From: Eukaryota sp. TZLM1-RC
Lineage: Eukaryota; Protista; Metamonada: BaSk clade
Reading direction: 5' to 3'
Length of the DNA: 64,000 nt
Assembly: GCA_040285825.1 (NCBI GenBank)
Contig: JAUPSS010000004.1
Span: 1,592,550-1,656,549 of the forward strand
Positions 46,000 through 57,495 of the stretch are shown here, piece by piece. Both the position numbers and the translations under genes were made by a program. Under the pieces are notes generated by a model. It saw only the letters and a list, made by a program, of their open reading frames with translations. It did no database searches and was not told where the DNA came from. Each line of letters opens with the position of its first letter. Positions within the stretch are counted from its first letter, which is position 1.

Positions 46000-47230
46000 C
46001 TAATGTTCAGCTTAATGGTGTTGGGTATAATTCATCAGAGTTTGACCAACGCTGCATTCATTGTTGTGGGAAAAAATTCTGTTTTTCAATTTTCTAGAAG
46101 ATTTCCTTTTGCCGAAAATCATCTTGAAACAACAAATAGTGTATTTCTGGGTGACTCAAGAGAAGAAGTATCAAGTTTATCCCCTGAGTTATGGCAATCA
46201 TGTTTCCCTATAGCTATTCAAGAAATTTCAGAATGAAACTGTTTTCTTTGAAAATTGCGTTGAAAAAACTCCAAAAGCTTCTTTTGAAAGAATTCGAAAG
46301 TAATGATGTTGTTGTTCGACTTAGTACGGCTAAGCAAAAAACTCTTCCTTTTGCAAATTTTTCGATTGATTTGAAGGAGACTTCATCTGCAGTTTTGTTG
46401 AACAAAATTACCCAGTTATATGGCATATTTTTAATGACGATAAATGGACCACCGCTATGAAAATGCGTTGCTCTCTATGGCCTTATTATTTGCCTAATGA
46501 TCTGTTTTGCAAATGTTGAGCTGGTTTGAAATTATCACATTTATTCAATTGCAACTTATTTATTTCTTATCGCTCCACTTTAAAGGATGCTGTTAGAAAT
46601 CAAATCCATGCTGTGTGTAATTCCTATCATATTGAATCATTTGTTGAACGTTTGTTGAGGTCTCATGATATAAATGAAAACGCAAGAAATTCAAAATATG
46701 GAAAACGATGTGCTGATGTTGTTGTGCCCTCATTTGATGGTGTTTCGAATGTTGTTGATGTTGTAACAGTTGATGTTTGCACGAAAAAATGCCTTGAAAA
46801 ATGCAAAATTCGAAGTATCCCCCCTGGATGATTCAGAATTGTATAAGCGGAAGAAATATGTAAATCCTTTGAAAGAAGTGAAACATGTTCACCATGTGGA
46901 TTACCGAATTTACCCATTTGCTATTTCATTGTATGGACGTCTTGGAAAAACTGCCATGAATTTTATGAATTAAATCTTGTAAAAGGACGAATGAATCAGC
47001 GTTTTGATCGCCATTTGTGGTTAAATCGTATTGTTTCTACTACTTTCAAAGCAATTCCTAAAATGATTTCAAAAGCTTTGATGTATGTCAGTCCACATTA
47101 TGAAGACATTGCTGCTGTACGGTTTGATATTGTGGAAGCTTGTTTTGAAGATTTTGATTTTTAGATTGTACTTTTTAGAATTAATTTATATTTTTTTTGG
47201 AAAAAATAGTTTTTGCTACAAGAAAAAACA
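46000..47230 (+). mobile_element. Decayed RLE non-LTR element, 3' half
   Basis: AAFIVVGKN, SHLFNC, DAVRNQIHA, ADVVVP..VVDV, ELYKRKKY, PFAISLYGRLG, FEDFDF*. Confidence 0.88.
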
Positions 47231-47554
47231 AACTAAACCAAAAAATCCAATAACGAGAAAGCAATTGCACCCCTTCTATTTTCCCAATCCGTATTTTTGG
47301 TACTGTTTTTGTTGCTGCTCTAATACAAACTACATCGAAGAGTTGAGTATAACCATCTATGGGTGTAAGAAAACTACTACACAGTCTGTTGTTAACATGC
47401 AATGAAAATTTAGTTTTTTGTTAAAAGTTGTCAAATAATCATCTCCAATGTCATCTTGAGATTGTTTTTACTTAGAAAAACTTTCAGTAATTTTGAATTA
47501 ATCTTGATTAAGTTTTATTAGTCTCACTGAGACTGAAACACCATATTATGTACA

Positions 47555-47842
47555 TTAAGAATTGAAATTTCCTCTAGGGTCAAGTAGCTCATTCTGAAAG
47601 AGCCTGTTGCCCTCTGTTAAATAAGACCAGTCTGTTTCTTTGAATTCCAGTCCATCATTAAAGAAAAAGGAGCCATCGACCATCTTGCCATTTTCCCAGA
47701 TTCCTTTAAAGTACCCATGCTGGGTATACAGACATCCAGACCCATGAAATAGACCTTCTCTAGCTTGTCCAACATAATAATTGGATGAACCAGGGAATTG
47801 GTACTCTATGGTTTCCTGAACATTCAATGTTGTTGATTCCAT
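47555..47842 (-). CDS. MORN5: MORN repeat-containing protein 5-like (short)
   Basis: YVGQAREGLFHGSGCL...GIWENG...FFFNDGLEF...DWSY...RLFQNE matches the MORN5 pattern. Confidence 0.78.
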   Translation of the reverse strand: MESTTLNVQETIEYQFPGSSNYYVGQAREGLFHGSGCLYTQHGYFKGIWENGKMVDGSFFFNDGLEFKETDWSYLTEGNRLFQNELLDPRGNFNS

Positions 47843-47942
47843 GAGAAGGGGAGTGATTGACCACTTGATACGAACTTGAGGAAAGAAGTGCTGAGGCTGA
47901 AGAATAACTTTTATCTCTCCACAGTAATTTGTCTCAACACTT

Positions 47943-48920
47943 ATGATACTTAATCACAATTTTAGACAAGTAGGGCGATCTCAACCCGCAATTCGACTTC
48001 CTTTTGCCAAGTCCACTAATTCAACCCATCATACTGCTTTTAATTCCACATCACACAGATTTCCTACATGTAATAATAAACCACTTGAACCAAACCATAT
48101 AGGCCCAGGCTCATATGACAACTGTACATCGCCAAATCCCTCATTTTCAGAACATGGATATGGTCCTCTCTGTTCAAGGTCCAAACGATTCCGAAAAAGA
48201 AAGACTAAATCAGCAGAACCATACCTTTCTTATTCCACCTCCTCCCCTAACCCACCTCTTCTCCCCCAGCGTCCTACCCCAACTTTCATTAAGCCTTCTT
48301 CATCTTCTCTTATACCACAATCAGAAGAATCCCCAAGTCCAGCTGACTATAACCCAAATCATTTAGGTTCAAAATCCCAGTCCCGATCACTCAGTACCGT
48401 CTCTTTCAAATCTAGCACTCTAAGAGCTTCTTTTACTGATACAGCGGCTCTTGATACCCCTGATCCGACCTCCTACAACGTTCCCTCCTCTACTGGGTCC
48501 AGGGTCTCTAGAACTCAACCGAACAGACCAAGTCCAGGCTTAGTCTTGCCTAATGGTAAGCAAGGAGCAAGGAGAAGGCATGGTATATTTCCAAAGGCTA
48601 AGGAAGTTGTGAATAATCCCGGACCTGGCTCATATAATGTTGAGAAAGGCAGTCACAATCGCCGTTGGCCTTGTTTTGTAAATACAGTTGGCTCTCCGAA
48701 AAAGGAAAGTGGTCAATCAATCAATCAAACTCCTGGACCTTGGAGTTATGATCCTCTACTGCCTAGCAAAAATTCAAATTCTTATTCATTTGTTTTCAAA
48801 TCAAAATCAAAAGATAAGTCTATGGCTTCGAATTCCAACCCTTCAAGTTGTTATTACAAACCGATTATTATTAAAAAGAAATCTTTCAGGGTTCCTAATG
48901 ATAATCGTTTTTTTGTATAA
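47943..48920 (+). CDS. Sperm-tail PG-rich (SHIPPO) repeat protein, STPG1-like
   Basis: Repeated IGPGSY, PSPADY, PDPTSY, PGPGSY and PGPWSY motifs in an intact 325-aa ORF. Confidence 0.8.
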   Translation: MILNHNFRQVGRSQPAIRLPFAKSTNSTHHTAFNSTSHRFPTCNNKPLEPNHIGPGSYDNCTSPNPSFSEHGYGPLCSRSKRFRKRKTKSAEPYLSYSTSSPNPPLLPQRPTPTFIKPSSSSLIPQSEESPSPADYNPNHLGSKSQSRSLSTVSFKSSTLRASFTDTAALDTPDPTSYNVPSSTGSRVSRTQPNRPSPGLVLPNGKQGARRRHGIFPKAKEVVNNPGPGSYNVEKGSHNRRWPCFVNTVGSPKKESGQSINQTPGPWSYDPLLPSKNSNSYSFVFKSKSKDKSMASNSNPSSCYYKPIIIKKKSFRVPNDNRFFV

Positions 48921-48951
48921 TAATCATTGGTAATTTAAATTGTTTATTTAG

Positions 48952-51723
48952 TTATTCTATCCAAGGTGGAATTAATGTTAGTATATAATCTTCTAATTTA
49001 AATGAAGAAACAGGAAAATATTTTTCAAGATCAACTATTTTTAATGGAGCAAGATCTGGAAGTGGTACAATGGTTTTAAAGATAAAGTTTCTAATTCCAA
49101 TTTTTGTTTCTATTATTTTTGACAGTGAATTAATCTTAATTGGGACATTTCCGTCTAGATAAACAGAGTTATTCTCAATAAATTGCAAATCTTCGGTGGT
49201 AAGTGAATTCGATTGAACTTTTTTTTGTGATTTTTCATCTTCAGGTGTTTCATTCAAAAATTTATCCACAACTTCATCATCAGTTAGATCATCAGTTAGA
49301 TTAGGTGGTTCATCTTCGCCAAAACATCCATAATTCAAGGATATGTCATTTTCAGAGGTAAATCTACCACAAACTGCAGCTTCAACAACAAATTTGGCTA
49401 TATGAAGCCTATAAAATGCATTAGGAGAGTCCTTTAATTCACTGACAGAAAGTAAAGAACTTGAGCTCAACACCCTTTGATTAACCCTTGAAAGACAATC
49501 AAGAGCTTTTGGAAATTCATTTATACTGAGATAAAATACAGCACAATTGAACAAAATTGAAGGAGAAGGGTTGTGGATTAATGATTTTTCAAAGAATTCC
49601 TCACAATTTTCTCTATTTTGAATAAACAATATTAAGCCCTTCAAATTAAACATCCATGATTGATTGAATATTAAACCGTCGATTGATTGGTCAATCAAAT
49701 CATCTAGAACAATCAAAAAACGTGATACGTTACCCTTTTCGTAATAAATGTCCACTAGTAATTTGAAACACTTATAATCAACCAATACTTTTCTTTGAGA
49801 TTTACCAAGATTAGAAAGCAAAGATTCACATTCCTTGAACTTTTTTAAACTAATTAAAAACTTTGCCAACAGTATGGAATTTTGAAGATCGTTACTGCTT
49901 TCTAGTAACTTCAAAGCATTATTTAAATCGCCAATTGACCAATAAATACAAGCAAGCTCAAAATTGGAACTACATGATCCAGACAACTCAATACATTTAG
50001 CATGATTACCCAACGCAAAGAATACCTTTGATAAAATCTGATTACACAAAGTCGAATCGTCTTGCAATAATGAACTGGACTTAACAATTTCTGCATCAAT
50101 TCTGGCTTTTTCGGCCAATGATTTGTCATCAATACGTAAGGATTCCATAGTAAAACACAATGACCGGAGTAAACGAAGAAAACCAATCAATTTTGATGGA
50201 TTGTTACTATACTCATCAATAATAGTTGAAAGTACATCTACTGATTCCATAAACTTATCAGTATTAGCTAGAATTAAAGCTAAAAAGTATCCAGGATTAA
50301 GGTTAATTTGAGGAGAATTGATTGAAGAACAGCCATGTTTTGAAGCTTTTTTGGCATAAATTAATGATTTTTTAATGTTTCCCAAATAATAATAACAAAA
50401 TGATTTCATAAAGTATAAATCAACAACTAATTCACCTCGGCTAACATTGTTTTCTAATTCACAATCTATTATAGTCAAGGCCTTTTTGAATTGCAACTTT
50501 TTCATCAATGAAAAGGCAGATAACACTTGGCAGTTGTACCTAATCATTTGGTTAACTTTAGCTAAATAGACTGACTGACTGGGGACCGTAGTAGTGGTAC
50601 AAGACATATTTTCAATTTCAACAACAGCTTTCTTGTACTCAACGAGTCCAGCATCAACATCACCCTGTTTAGCATGAGCGTACCCTCTCACAAGGTTAAT
50701 TAAAAAATGGTCAAAGCAAAGCATGCTTTTGGTGGTTTGTTGCAGGGCCTTTTTGAAAATAGAATTTCCGGATTTTTGTTTCTTTAAATTAACAATAACA
50801 TCTAATAAAAGTACAAAGGATCTGGCCTCTGAATCATCTTGTAATTCAGCGAATTTTCTAAATGAAGGCAAAGCTTGATCAAACATTTGGAGCTCAAAAT
50901 AAATTCGGGCCCTCAGCCTAATAGCCTTTGAACTAATAGTGACCAAATCAAGTTCGTCTAAATCTTTCAAAGCTTCAGATGGTCTATCCAAAAGTGTTTT
51001 TACCAAGGCTGAGTAGTAGAGGGGTTCAGTAAAGGATGGTAGGTTTAAACCAGTTCTATTTTTATTAGTTACTAAAGAATGGTTAAAATAACATTCAGAA
51101 TCTTCATATTTTCCAAGTTTTAAACATACGAGACCATGCCTAAAAGAAATTAATTCCGAGTAGGGTAACTGTCCACACAGATCAATTGCTCTTAACGAAT
51201 ACTTGAAGGCTTCCTTTGGGGCTTCTTGTAATAAATGACAATAGCCTATTCCAGACAAAGCTGATGAGATATCAATAGAATTAGAAAGAGCAAGCATAAA
51301 ATCAGCAAGAGCTTTGGTGATGTCACCAATAGTTAAGTAAAGTTCGGCCCTGATAAGTAAGGCGTCAGAGTGGCGAGGTGAAATTCTTAAAAAGGCAGAC
51401 ATTCTCCTTATCGCATGGATGTGTTTAGACTGCTTCTTGAAGCAAACAGCAGACAAGAAATACACCATTGGATCCAGCTTAACTTTGAGAGAGAAAAGAG
51501 TCTTGAAGTCTTGTTCAGCAAGTGGCAAACAATCATGTAATTGAAGGTAAGAAAGTGATCTATAGAACAATGCTGTGGTGTTGTGGGGATCTTCGTTCAA
51601 AACTTGAGAGAAGAAAGTAATTGCCTCTTCAAGAGAAGACCTTATGAGACATTGTTTACCTCTATGTAAATTGATGTCGATAATAGATGTTTCATTAATG
51701 GACATCGGCCTTGAAATCGGCAT
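48952..51723 (-). CDS. Large TPR-repeat protein (~920 aa)
   Basis: Intact ORF with many TPR-like helices (EEAITFFSQVLNEDPHNTTALFYRSL; ALLIRAELYLTIGDITKALADF). First ATG at 51723. Confidence 0.85.
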   Translation of the reverse strand: MPISRPMSINETSIIDINLHRGKQCLIRSSLEEAITFFSQVLNEDPHNTTALFYRSLSYLQLHDCLPLAEQDFKTLFSLKVKLDPMVYFLSAVCFKKQSKHIHAIRRMSAFLRISPRHSDALLIRAELYLTIGDITKALADFMLALSNSIDISSALSGIGYCHLLQEAPKEAFKYSLRAIDLCGQLPYSELISFRHGLVCLKLGKYEDSECYFNHSLVTNKNRTGLNLPSFTEPLYYSALVKTLLDRPSEALKDLDELDLVTISSKAIRLRARIYFELQMFDQALPSFRKFAELQDDSEARSFVLLLDVIVNLKKQKSGNSIFKKALQQTTKSMLCFDHFLINLVRGYAHAKQGDVDAGLVEYKKAVVEIENMSCTTTTVPSQSVYLAKVNQMIRYNCQVLSAFSLMKKLQFKKALTIIDCELENNVSRGELVVDLYFMKSFCYYYLGNIKKSLIYAKKASKHGCSSINSPQINLNPGYFLALILANTDKFMESVDVLSTIIDEYSNNPSKLIGFLRLLRSLCFTMESLRIDDKSLAEKARIDAEIVKSSSLLQDDSTLCNQILSKVFFALGNHAKCIELSGSCSSNFELACIYWSIGDLNNALKLLESSNDLQNSILLAKFLISLKKFKECESLLSNLGKSQRKVLVDYKCFKLLVDIYYEKGNVSRFLIVLDDLIDQSIDGLIFNQSWMFNLKGLILFIQNRENCEEFFEKSLIHNPSPSILFNCAVFYLSINEFPKALDCLSRVNQRVLSSSSLLSVSELKDSPNAFYRLHIAKFVVEAAVCGRFTSENDISLNYGCFGEDEPPNLTDDLTDDEVVDKFLNETPEDEKSQKKVQSNSLTTEDLQFIENNSVYLDGNVPIKINSLSKIIETKIGIRNFIFKTIVPLPDLAPLKIVDLEKYFPVSSFKLEDYILTLIPPWIE

Positions 51724-51804
51724 GTGTGAAGGGGTTGATGGTGAAGGTGCTAAAATGATTTTCTGAAATCTGATAGGGAAATTCCCATATTTACACAATC
51801 TATT

Positions 51805-52552
51805 TTGCCCCCAGTAGTTCTCTGATGTTTCAAATTCTTGGAACCTTTTTTACCATCATCAGCCATTAGTATTAAAGTGTCATTTGGGTTGCCAAAGTGC
51901 TTAATAAGATATTTTAATATCCAACTTTCAGTCTTTTGCTTGTGAATAAAAGCTTGCATTTTATGAATGCTCCACAAGTCAAGTCTATAAAAGTCAATTG
52001 TCAAAAACCTTGCCGAAGTTTGGCAACCACAAACTTGGAAAAATCTATAAAAGATGCTGAATTGGCAATAAACGTGGATAATTTGGTGTTTGTATCTACA
52101 ATTGTTATTTCGTTAGACTCTATCATTTGGTTCATGTCTTAATCTACCCCAGTATATTTTGTAGCCCATTGTTTTTGTTTTTCATTTATCCTACTTTTCA
52201 AAGACCAGAACATCTGAGTTATTCTCAACCATTTGTACTTCTTGTCTTGATTCATGACCCAACTATTTCTTTGCTGTTCAGTTTCATGTTCAGGCACCAT
52301 AGCTAGTTCATCATCAGTCTTTTTGCTGCCAAAATACAATAAATCACGTTTTCCAGGATCACAAACAACAATTCGTTTGTCTTGAAAAGTATCAACATCA
52401 ACATCATCAATATATAAATCAGAAATGCTAGCCTTGTTGTCTGGCTTACATTTCTGACATTGTAAATCCTGACGAACAAATTCTACTGCAATATTAAATC
52501 CATCTGTGTGGATACTGTTGTTGAATTTATAGCTCTTCCCTTAGAACATTGG
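51805..52552 (-). pseudogene. Fanzor1-like (TnpB family) pseudogene, central part, interrupted by the family D LTR
   Basis: Manual translation: YKFNNSIHTDGFNIAVEF...YIDD...RIVVCDPGKRDLLY (RuvC-I), then FY...KMQAFIHKQKTES...KHFGNPNDTLILMAD. Contains stops and a frameshift. Confidence 0.85.
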
Positions 52553-53659
52553 TGTTGCCTTAAGTCTATTGTAGTAAAGAGAAGTCTGATTTATTTTCTA
52601 TTCATATTATATAAGCCTTAGGGCGCCAACACTGTTTCTTCCCTTTTTCAAAATAAATCAGCTTATATGAAAATGAAACAGAACTATGAACAAATAACTA
52701 AATAACTATAAATTAATATATATAATCGATATAATATAAATAATCGCTATAAACTAAGAATTAGCTCCGCTTTCTAATGCTATTACTACGTCTAGGCCTC
52801 TTAGAAGGCGTAGACTCATTGGAGGTACCTTGACGTCGACTAGTGGTACGTTTTCCAGTTCTCTTGTTATCCTTACTAAATAACTTATAAGCTTCTGAAT
52901 GTTTAACCGAATGGAGAGGCTCTTCTGTTGTCTCACCGCCAAACCATTGAACAGTACAAAAACTACCTGAATCAGAGTGGTATTCTGAGAGGATTTTCTC
53001 TATAACGTGCTTTTCAACATCGCCTGCTGCGACTGCTTTGAGGAACTCTATGTCCTGTGGATTTTCATAGAATTTACAATCTTTCTTGGCAGCTATTAAT
53101 TCTGTGCCAGTAGTAAGATTCTTCAATAATAAAGTGGATTTGGAAGGAAGGACAATAACTAAGAATGGTTCATTCCAAGATCCATGCAATTTATTATTTT
53201 GCTTGGTTTTACGTAAGACGTAGTCACCAATATTAAATACTATGAAACACGAATTAGTATTATCTACTGAAGTCGGAATATTAAATGTTTGGTGACGCTC
53301 TGCTTCTTCCCTTTATTTTGTAGACGAAAATTTTTCAATTTAATGTCATCTAATAAAGGAATATTAGTTTCGAATTTGGATAAATTTCCTAATATATTAG
53401 CAGGGTTTGTTCTTGGACTAATCGAAGAACTGAACATAGGTTCGTAGGGGGTAACACCAGTTGTTCTGCTTTTAGTAGAATTTATTTATAGTTGGGATAG
53501 AGGTACATAAGTAGACCAATTTCCGTAATCATTAAAATCTATTAATAGTTTCCTTAAGCATTGAAGACCGTCTCTATGTTTACGTTCTACAAGTTCATTA
53601 CTTTCTGAATAGTGAGGAATTGAGTTACTCATCTTAATCGCTAATCTATTACACACTAT
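52553..53659 (-). mobile_element. 3' remnant of Gypsy family D (integrase end, chromodomain-like tail, PPT, 79-bp LTR)
   Basis: SNELVERKHRD, KLHGSWNEPF, IEKIL..TVQWFGGETTEEP. PPT AAAAAGGGAAGAAACAG; LTR 52631-52553 TGTTGGCGCCC...GGCAACA. Confidence 0.88.
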
Positions 53660-53794
53660 TGATGCTTTATCCATATATGATAACAAAGAATAAGGGTAAT
53701 TTATTAGAATTTCACCGGCCCTTATAAAGGCCATCACTAGTGAACTATACTATATAAATACAAATGTACTAGACTAATTGTCCACAGTACAACA
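53660..53794 (-). repeat. 3' LTR of element C (135 bp)
   Basis: Follows PPT AAGAGAGGGAAAAGGTAG; TG...CA termini. Confidence 0.85.
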
Positions 53795-55258
53795 CTACCT
53801 TTTCCCTCTCTTAGATCTCGAACGAGAGCTACGAGAACTGACTGCGGGGGAATTAGTTTTAGATTTGGAATTAGAAGATGCCTTCCGTTTCCTGGTAGTG
53901 TGAGGACTAATAGAGCGCAAATATGTTTGATATGCCTCAGTGCTTTTGACGTCAGCAACTGGGACAGACGAAGTCTCGCCGCCATACCAAACTGCGGTAC
54001 AATAAGGAACTTTATTATTGTTCGAATCTACGTAATCAAAGTGATCTATAATTTTAACGATTACAGATTCTTTCATATCGCCAGCAGCAATATTCTTATG
54101 CCAATCAAGATCTTCTTTAGGGAAGTCTGAAAGGTATAGTTTACAATGATTTATACTTGCCGTAGACAACGAACCAGTGATGAGATTCTTGAGTAATAAA
54201 CTTTTATTGGATTTTACTTCTTCAACGAGAAAAGGGCCAGCGAAGCAACCGTGGAGTTTACCATTAGTCTTTAATCGCAAAACTAAATCACCTTTATTAA
54301 AAGGGTTCCTATGTTTGTTAACTTCAGGCAGTTGTTGAGCTTGCCTGAGCTCTGCCTCTTCTCTCTTCTTTGAAATCCTTTCAAGTTTTGCTTCAAGATC
54401 TTAAACAAAGGGAATATTAACATTAGCTGATTTTATTAGTTCAAACATATTACTAGGATCAGCTCTAGGGCTGTGGTCGCTACCAAACATTAAATTGTAG
54501 GGCGAATGACCAGTAACTCTACTAATAGTTGAATTGATTTGAAGTTGTACAATTGGGATATATTCACTCCAATTGCTATAATCGCCAGAGTCTAGCAAAA
54601 TCTTTCTAAGACTTTGTAAAATGTCTCTGTGTCGTCTTTCTACTAAACCATTGCTTTGTGAAAAGCTAGTTAGTGAATGACTTACTTCAATGTTTAATAA
54701 ATCGCATAACCCTTTGAATATGGCATTTGCAAATTCAATACCATTGTCACTATGAATCAACAGTGGGATACCAAAAATTGATACTACACTCCATAGGAGG
54801 TGATTGGTTGCCTCCACTGCATTCAATTCCTTTAAAGGGCAAATGATCGTATACCTAGTGAACGAATCTACAAAAACTATTAAATATTTGAATCCATTAT
54901 CATCTTGTTGTAATGGTCCAATAGTGTCTGCGTTTAATCGTGCAAAAGGTCGATCAGCCCAAAGAGAGCCAGATGATTCGATGACATTTTTAGGCACATG
55001 GGCCGTCTGTTGGCATGCTGGGCATTTCCTAATATGGTTAATCATGTCTTTGCGCATGTCGGGCCAAAAGTAATCACTATTGAGTAATTTCTTTACGCTA
55101 GTCGTCACACTAGGATGGCCTACATTTGCATGTCCATGAATGATAGTTAAAGTCTGCTTCTTTAAACTATCTGGGATGACAATCTTCCCACGATTGTTGG
55201 TATATAAATGAATATCTGAATTAAATATCATTATAATAATCAGGATTTGAATCAACAT
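53795..55258 (-). pseudogene. Integrase and chromodomain-like tail of element C (in-frame stop near 54401)
   Basis: GHP..CPAC, LNADTIGP, HSDNG, NGLVER, GPF. Confidence 0.88.
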
Positions 55259-57495
55259 CTATAAGTTGTTCTTGCCTAATCTTTGAGATCCAAGTGTCAA
55301 CTAAATCAAATTTAGTATCCTCAACTGCTTCTTTTAGTGCAGATAAGCTATTGATCATGGGCAGCTTAATTGTGGACGGTTGAGTTATATCATCCCTTAA
55401 CAAATTAACTCTAGTTAATAAATTTAAATAGGGTAATTGTTCTTCAACTTGTTGGACTCGAGGGGTTTTGGGTTTGGTATCAACCAATTTAGACAACATA
55501 TCTGCCCAATAATTCTCCTTGCCAGCAGTGTGAACTACATCAAAATTGAATTCTGACAATAATGGTAACCACCTCTTCACAATATTGTTCTTTTCAGGAG
55601 CTGATATGAGGTATGCTAAATTTCTATGATCAGTGAAAATAGTTAGTTTCCTCGAAATTAAATAATTTTCTAAACTACTGTCAGTGAGAATTAGTAAAAT
55701 TGCATACAACTCTTTCTGAAGTACAGACCAATTCTTTTGTGAAGTTGACAATAATCTGCTAAAGAAGGCAATATGTACAACCTTTCTCTTGATTAGCGGT
55801 GTCGTAGGATCTTTAGGTGGGTTAGCTTCTTGCCATATTACTCCACCTACAGCCACATCAGACGCATCAGTACTTATTAAAATATGCTTGTCTTCTGAGG
55901 GCAATTCAAGAGGGATATTTGCTTTAATAAGGTTTATAATCTTACCAAAAGCCTCGTCATGATCAGAAGTCCACTTGATCTTTGACGGTTTGTTTCTGGT
56001 TAGTTTGTTGATTGGTTCTATCAAGTCAGACAAATTTGGCAACCAGTCACGTATATAATTGATCGAACCTATAAAACTCCTAACTTCAGGTAATGTCCTG
56101 GGTTTGGGTAAATTGATCAGTCCCTCGATCCTAGATTCATTTATATAACGGGTTTTGTTTACAATAATACTACCTACAATTTTTATTTTATGTTTGCAAG
56201 TGGTAAAGCTACACTTGGGTAGGCCAAGGTTAATTCTAAAACGTTTGGCGCGTTCTAGGACCGTACCTACTCTAGATAGAAATTCATCCAAGGTCGAAGC
56301 TACTATTATTATATCATCGATATAAATAAATACGCCCTCAGAGTCAAATATTTCCATCATCATGTTTTGGAAGACTGCAGGAACGTTCTTCAAACCAAAA
56401 CAAGCCCTTTTAAAACTGATCGACATTCCCGGATTTGATACGGTAGTTTTATCAATGTCCTCTTTTGCAATTTTGAGCTGCCAAAATGCCTTAGGTAAAT
56501 CTAGAGTTGCTATATAGTTAGCTTTACTTAGAAACTCTAAAATGTCGCTAATCCTGGGCAAATTTGCCTCTACAGGTTTAGTTAAATCATTTACTCCACC
56601 AATACCACTAAAATCGCCAGTTAATCGTGGTTCCCTGTGGTCAGGGTAAATCACAAGACAGATGGGACTACTGAATTGACACTTTGCGGGCACAGCAAAT
56701 CCATTACGGATCAATTCGTTAAAAATTTCCTCGGCTACCCGTTGTTTTTCTGGGTTTAATCTTCGAGGTTTCCTTTTGACGATCTTACTTTCGTCGTAAA
56801 ATGGAATAGTCATCGGCTGACAATCTATTCCATCCGGGTGAGGTAGCCCACTGAACACATCTATGTATTGTTCCAGTAGCAAGACTAGGCGTTGCTCGTC
56901 CCTAATGTCATTCAGGCATATTCTACAGCCCAACTCATCTAAATAATGTTTGAATGTGGAGTGCCCAATACTATTTCCTAATATAGTTTTATTCTCTATT
57001 AAATCAATACAATTAACAGGTTGACAGATTCTGTCATCAAACTCACATTCTGCATTCAAGATGGTGCGATGTTCGCGGTCTAAACTAATATTAATACCGT
57101 GCTCCGTGCGCAGCCCCAAGGTTTGTAAAAGGTTTCTTCCAATCAAAAAATTATTGGTACCAGGTATGATCTGGAATTCCATCCTTAAATACACTTGAGT
57201 GGCCAAGAATACCATTTACCGATAGGTATTCGACGGTCTTATTGTTATTAACCGCCATATTACATTTACAGGCTAAAGCCATTGATAATGCTGAAAATGC
57301 AGCTCCATTATCAATTTCGCCTTGTACTTTTACGTTATTTATGGTGCAGGTTAACCAAAGTTCCCCGTTAGAACTTTTTTGGTCATCTGCTACCCTGGAC
57401 TGTCTAACACTGTGGATAAAATTCACAGGATTGGATGACTCTCTAAATCTCTTTAATGGATTTAGGTGTTCATAATTCGAATCAGTTTTGCTCAT
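55221..57495 (-). pseudogene. Protease-RT-RNase H of element C (frameshifted)
   Basis: IDNGAA, LDLPKAFWQ, FGLKNVP, YIDD, TDASD, TDHRNL. Confidence 0.9.
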
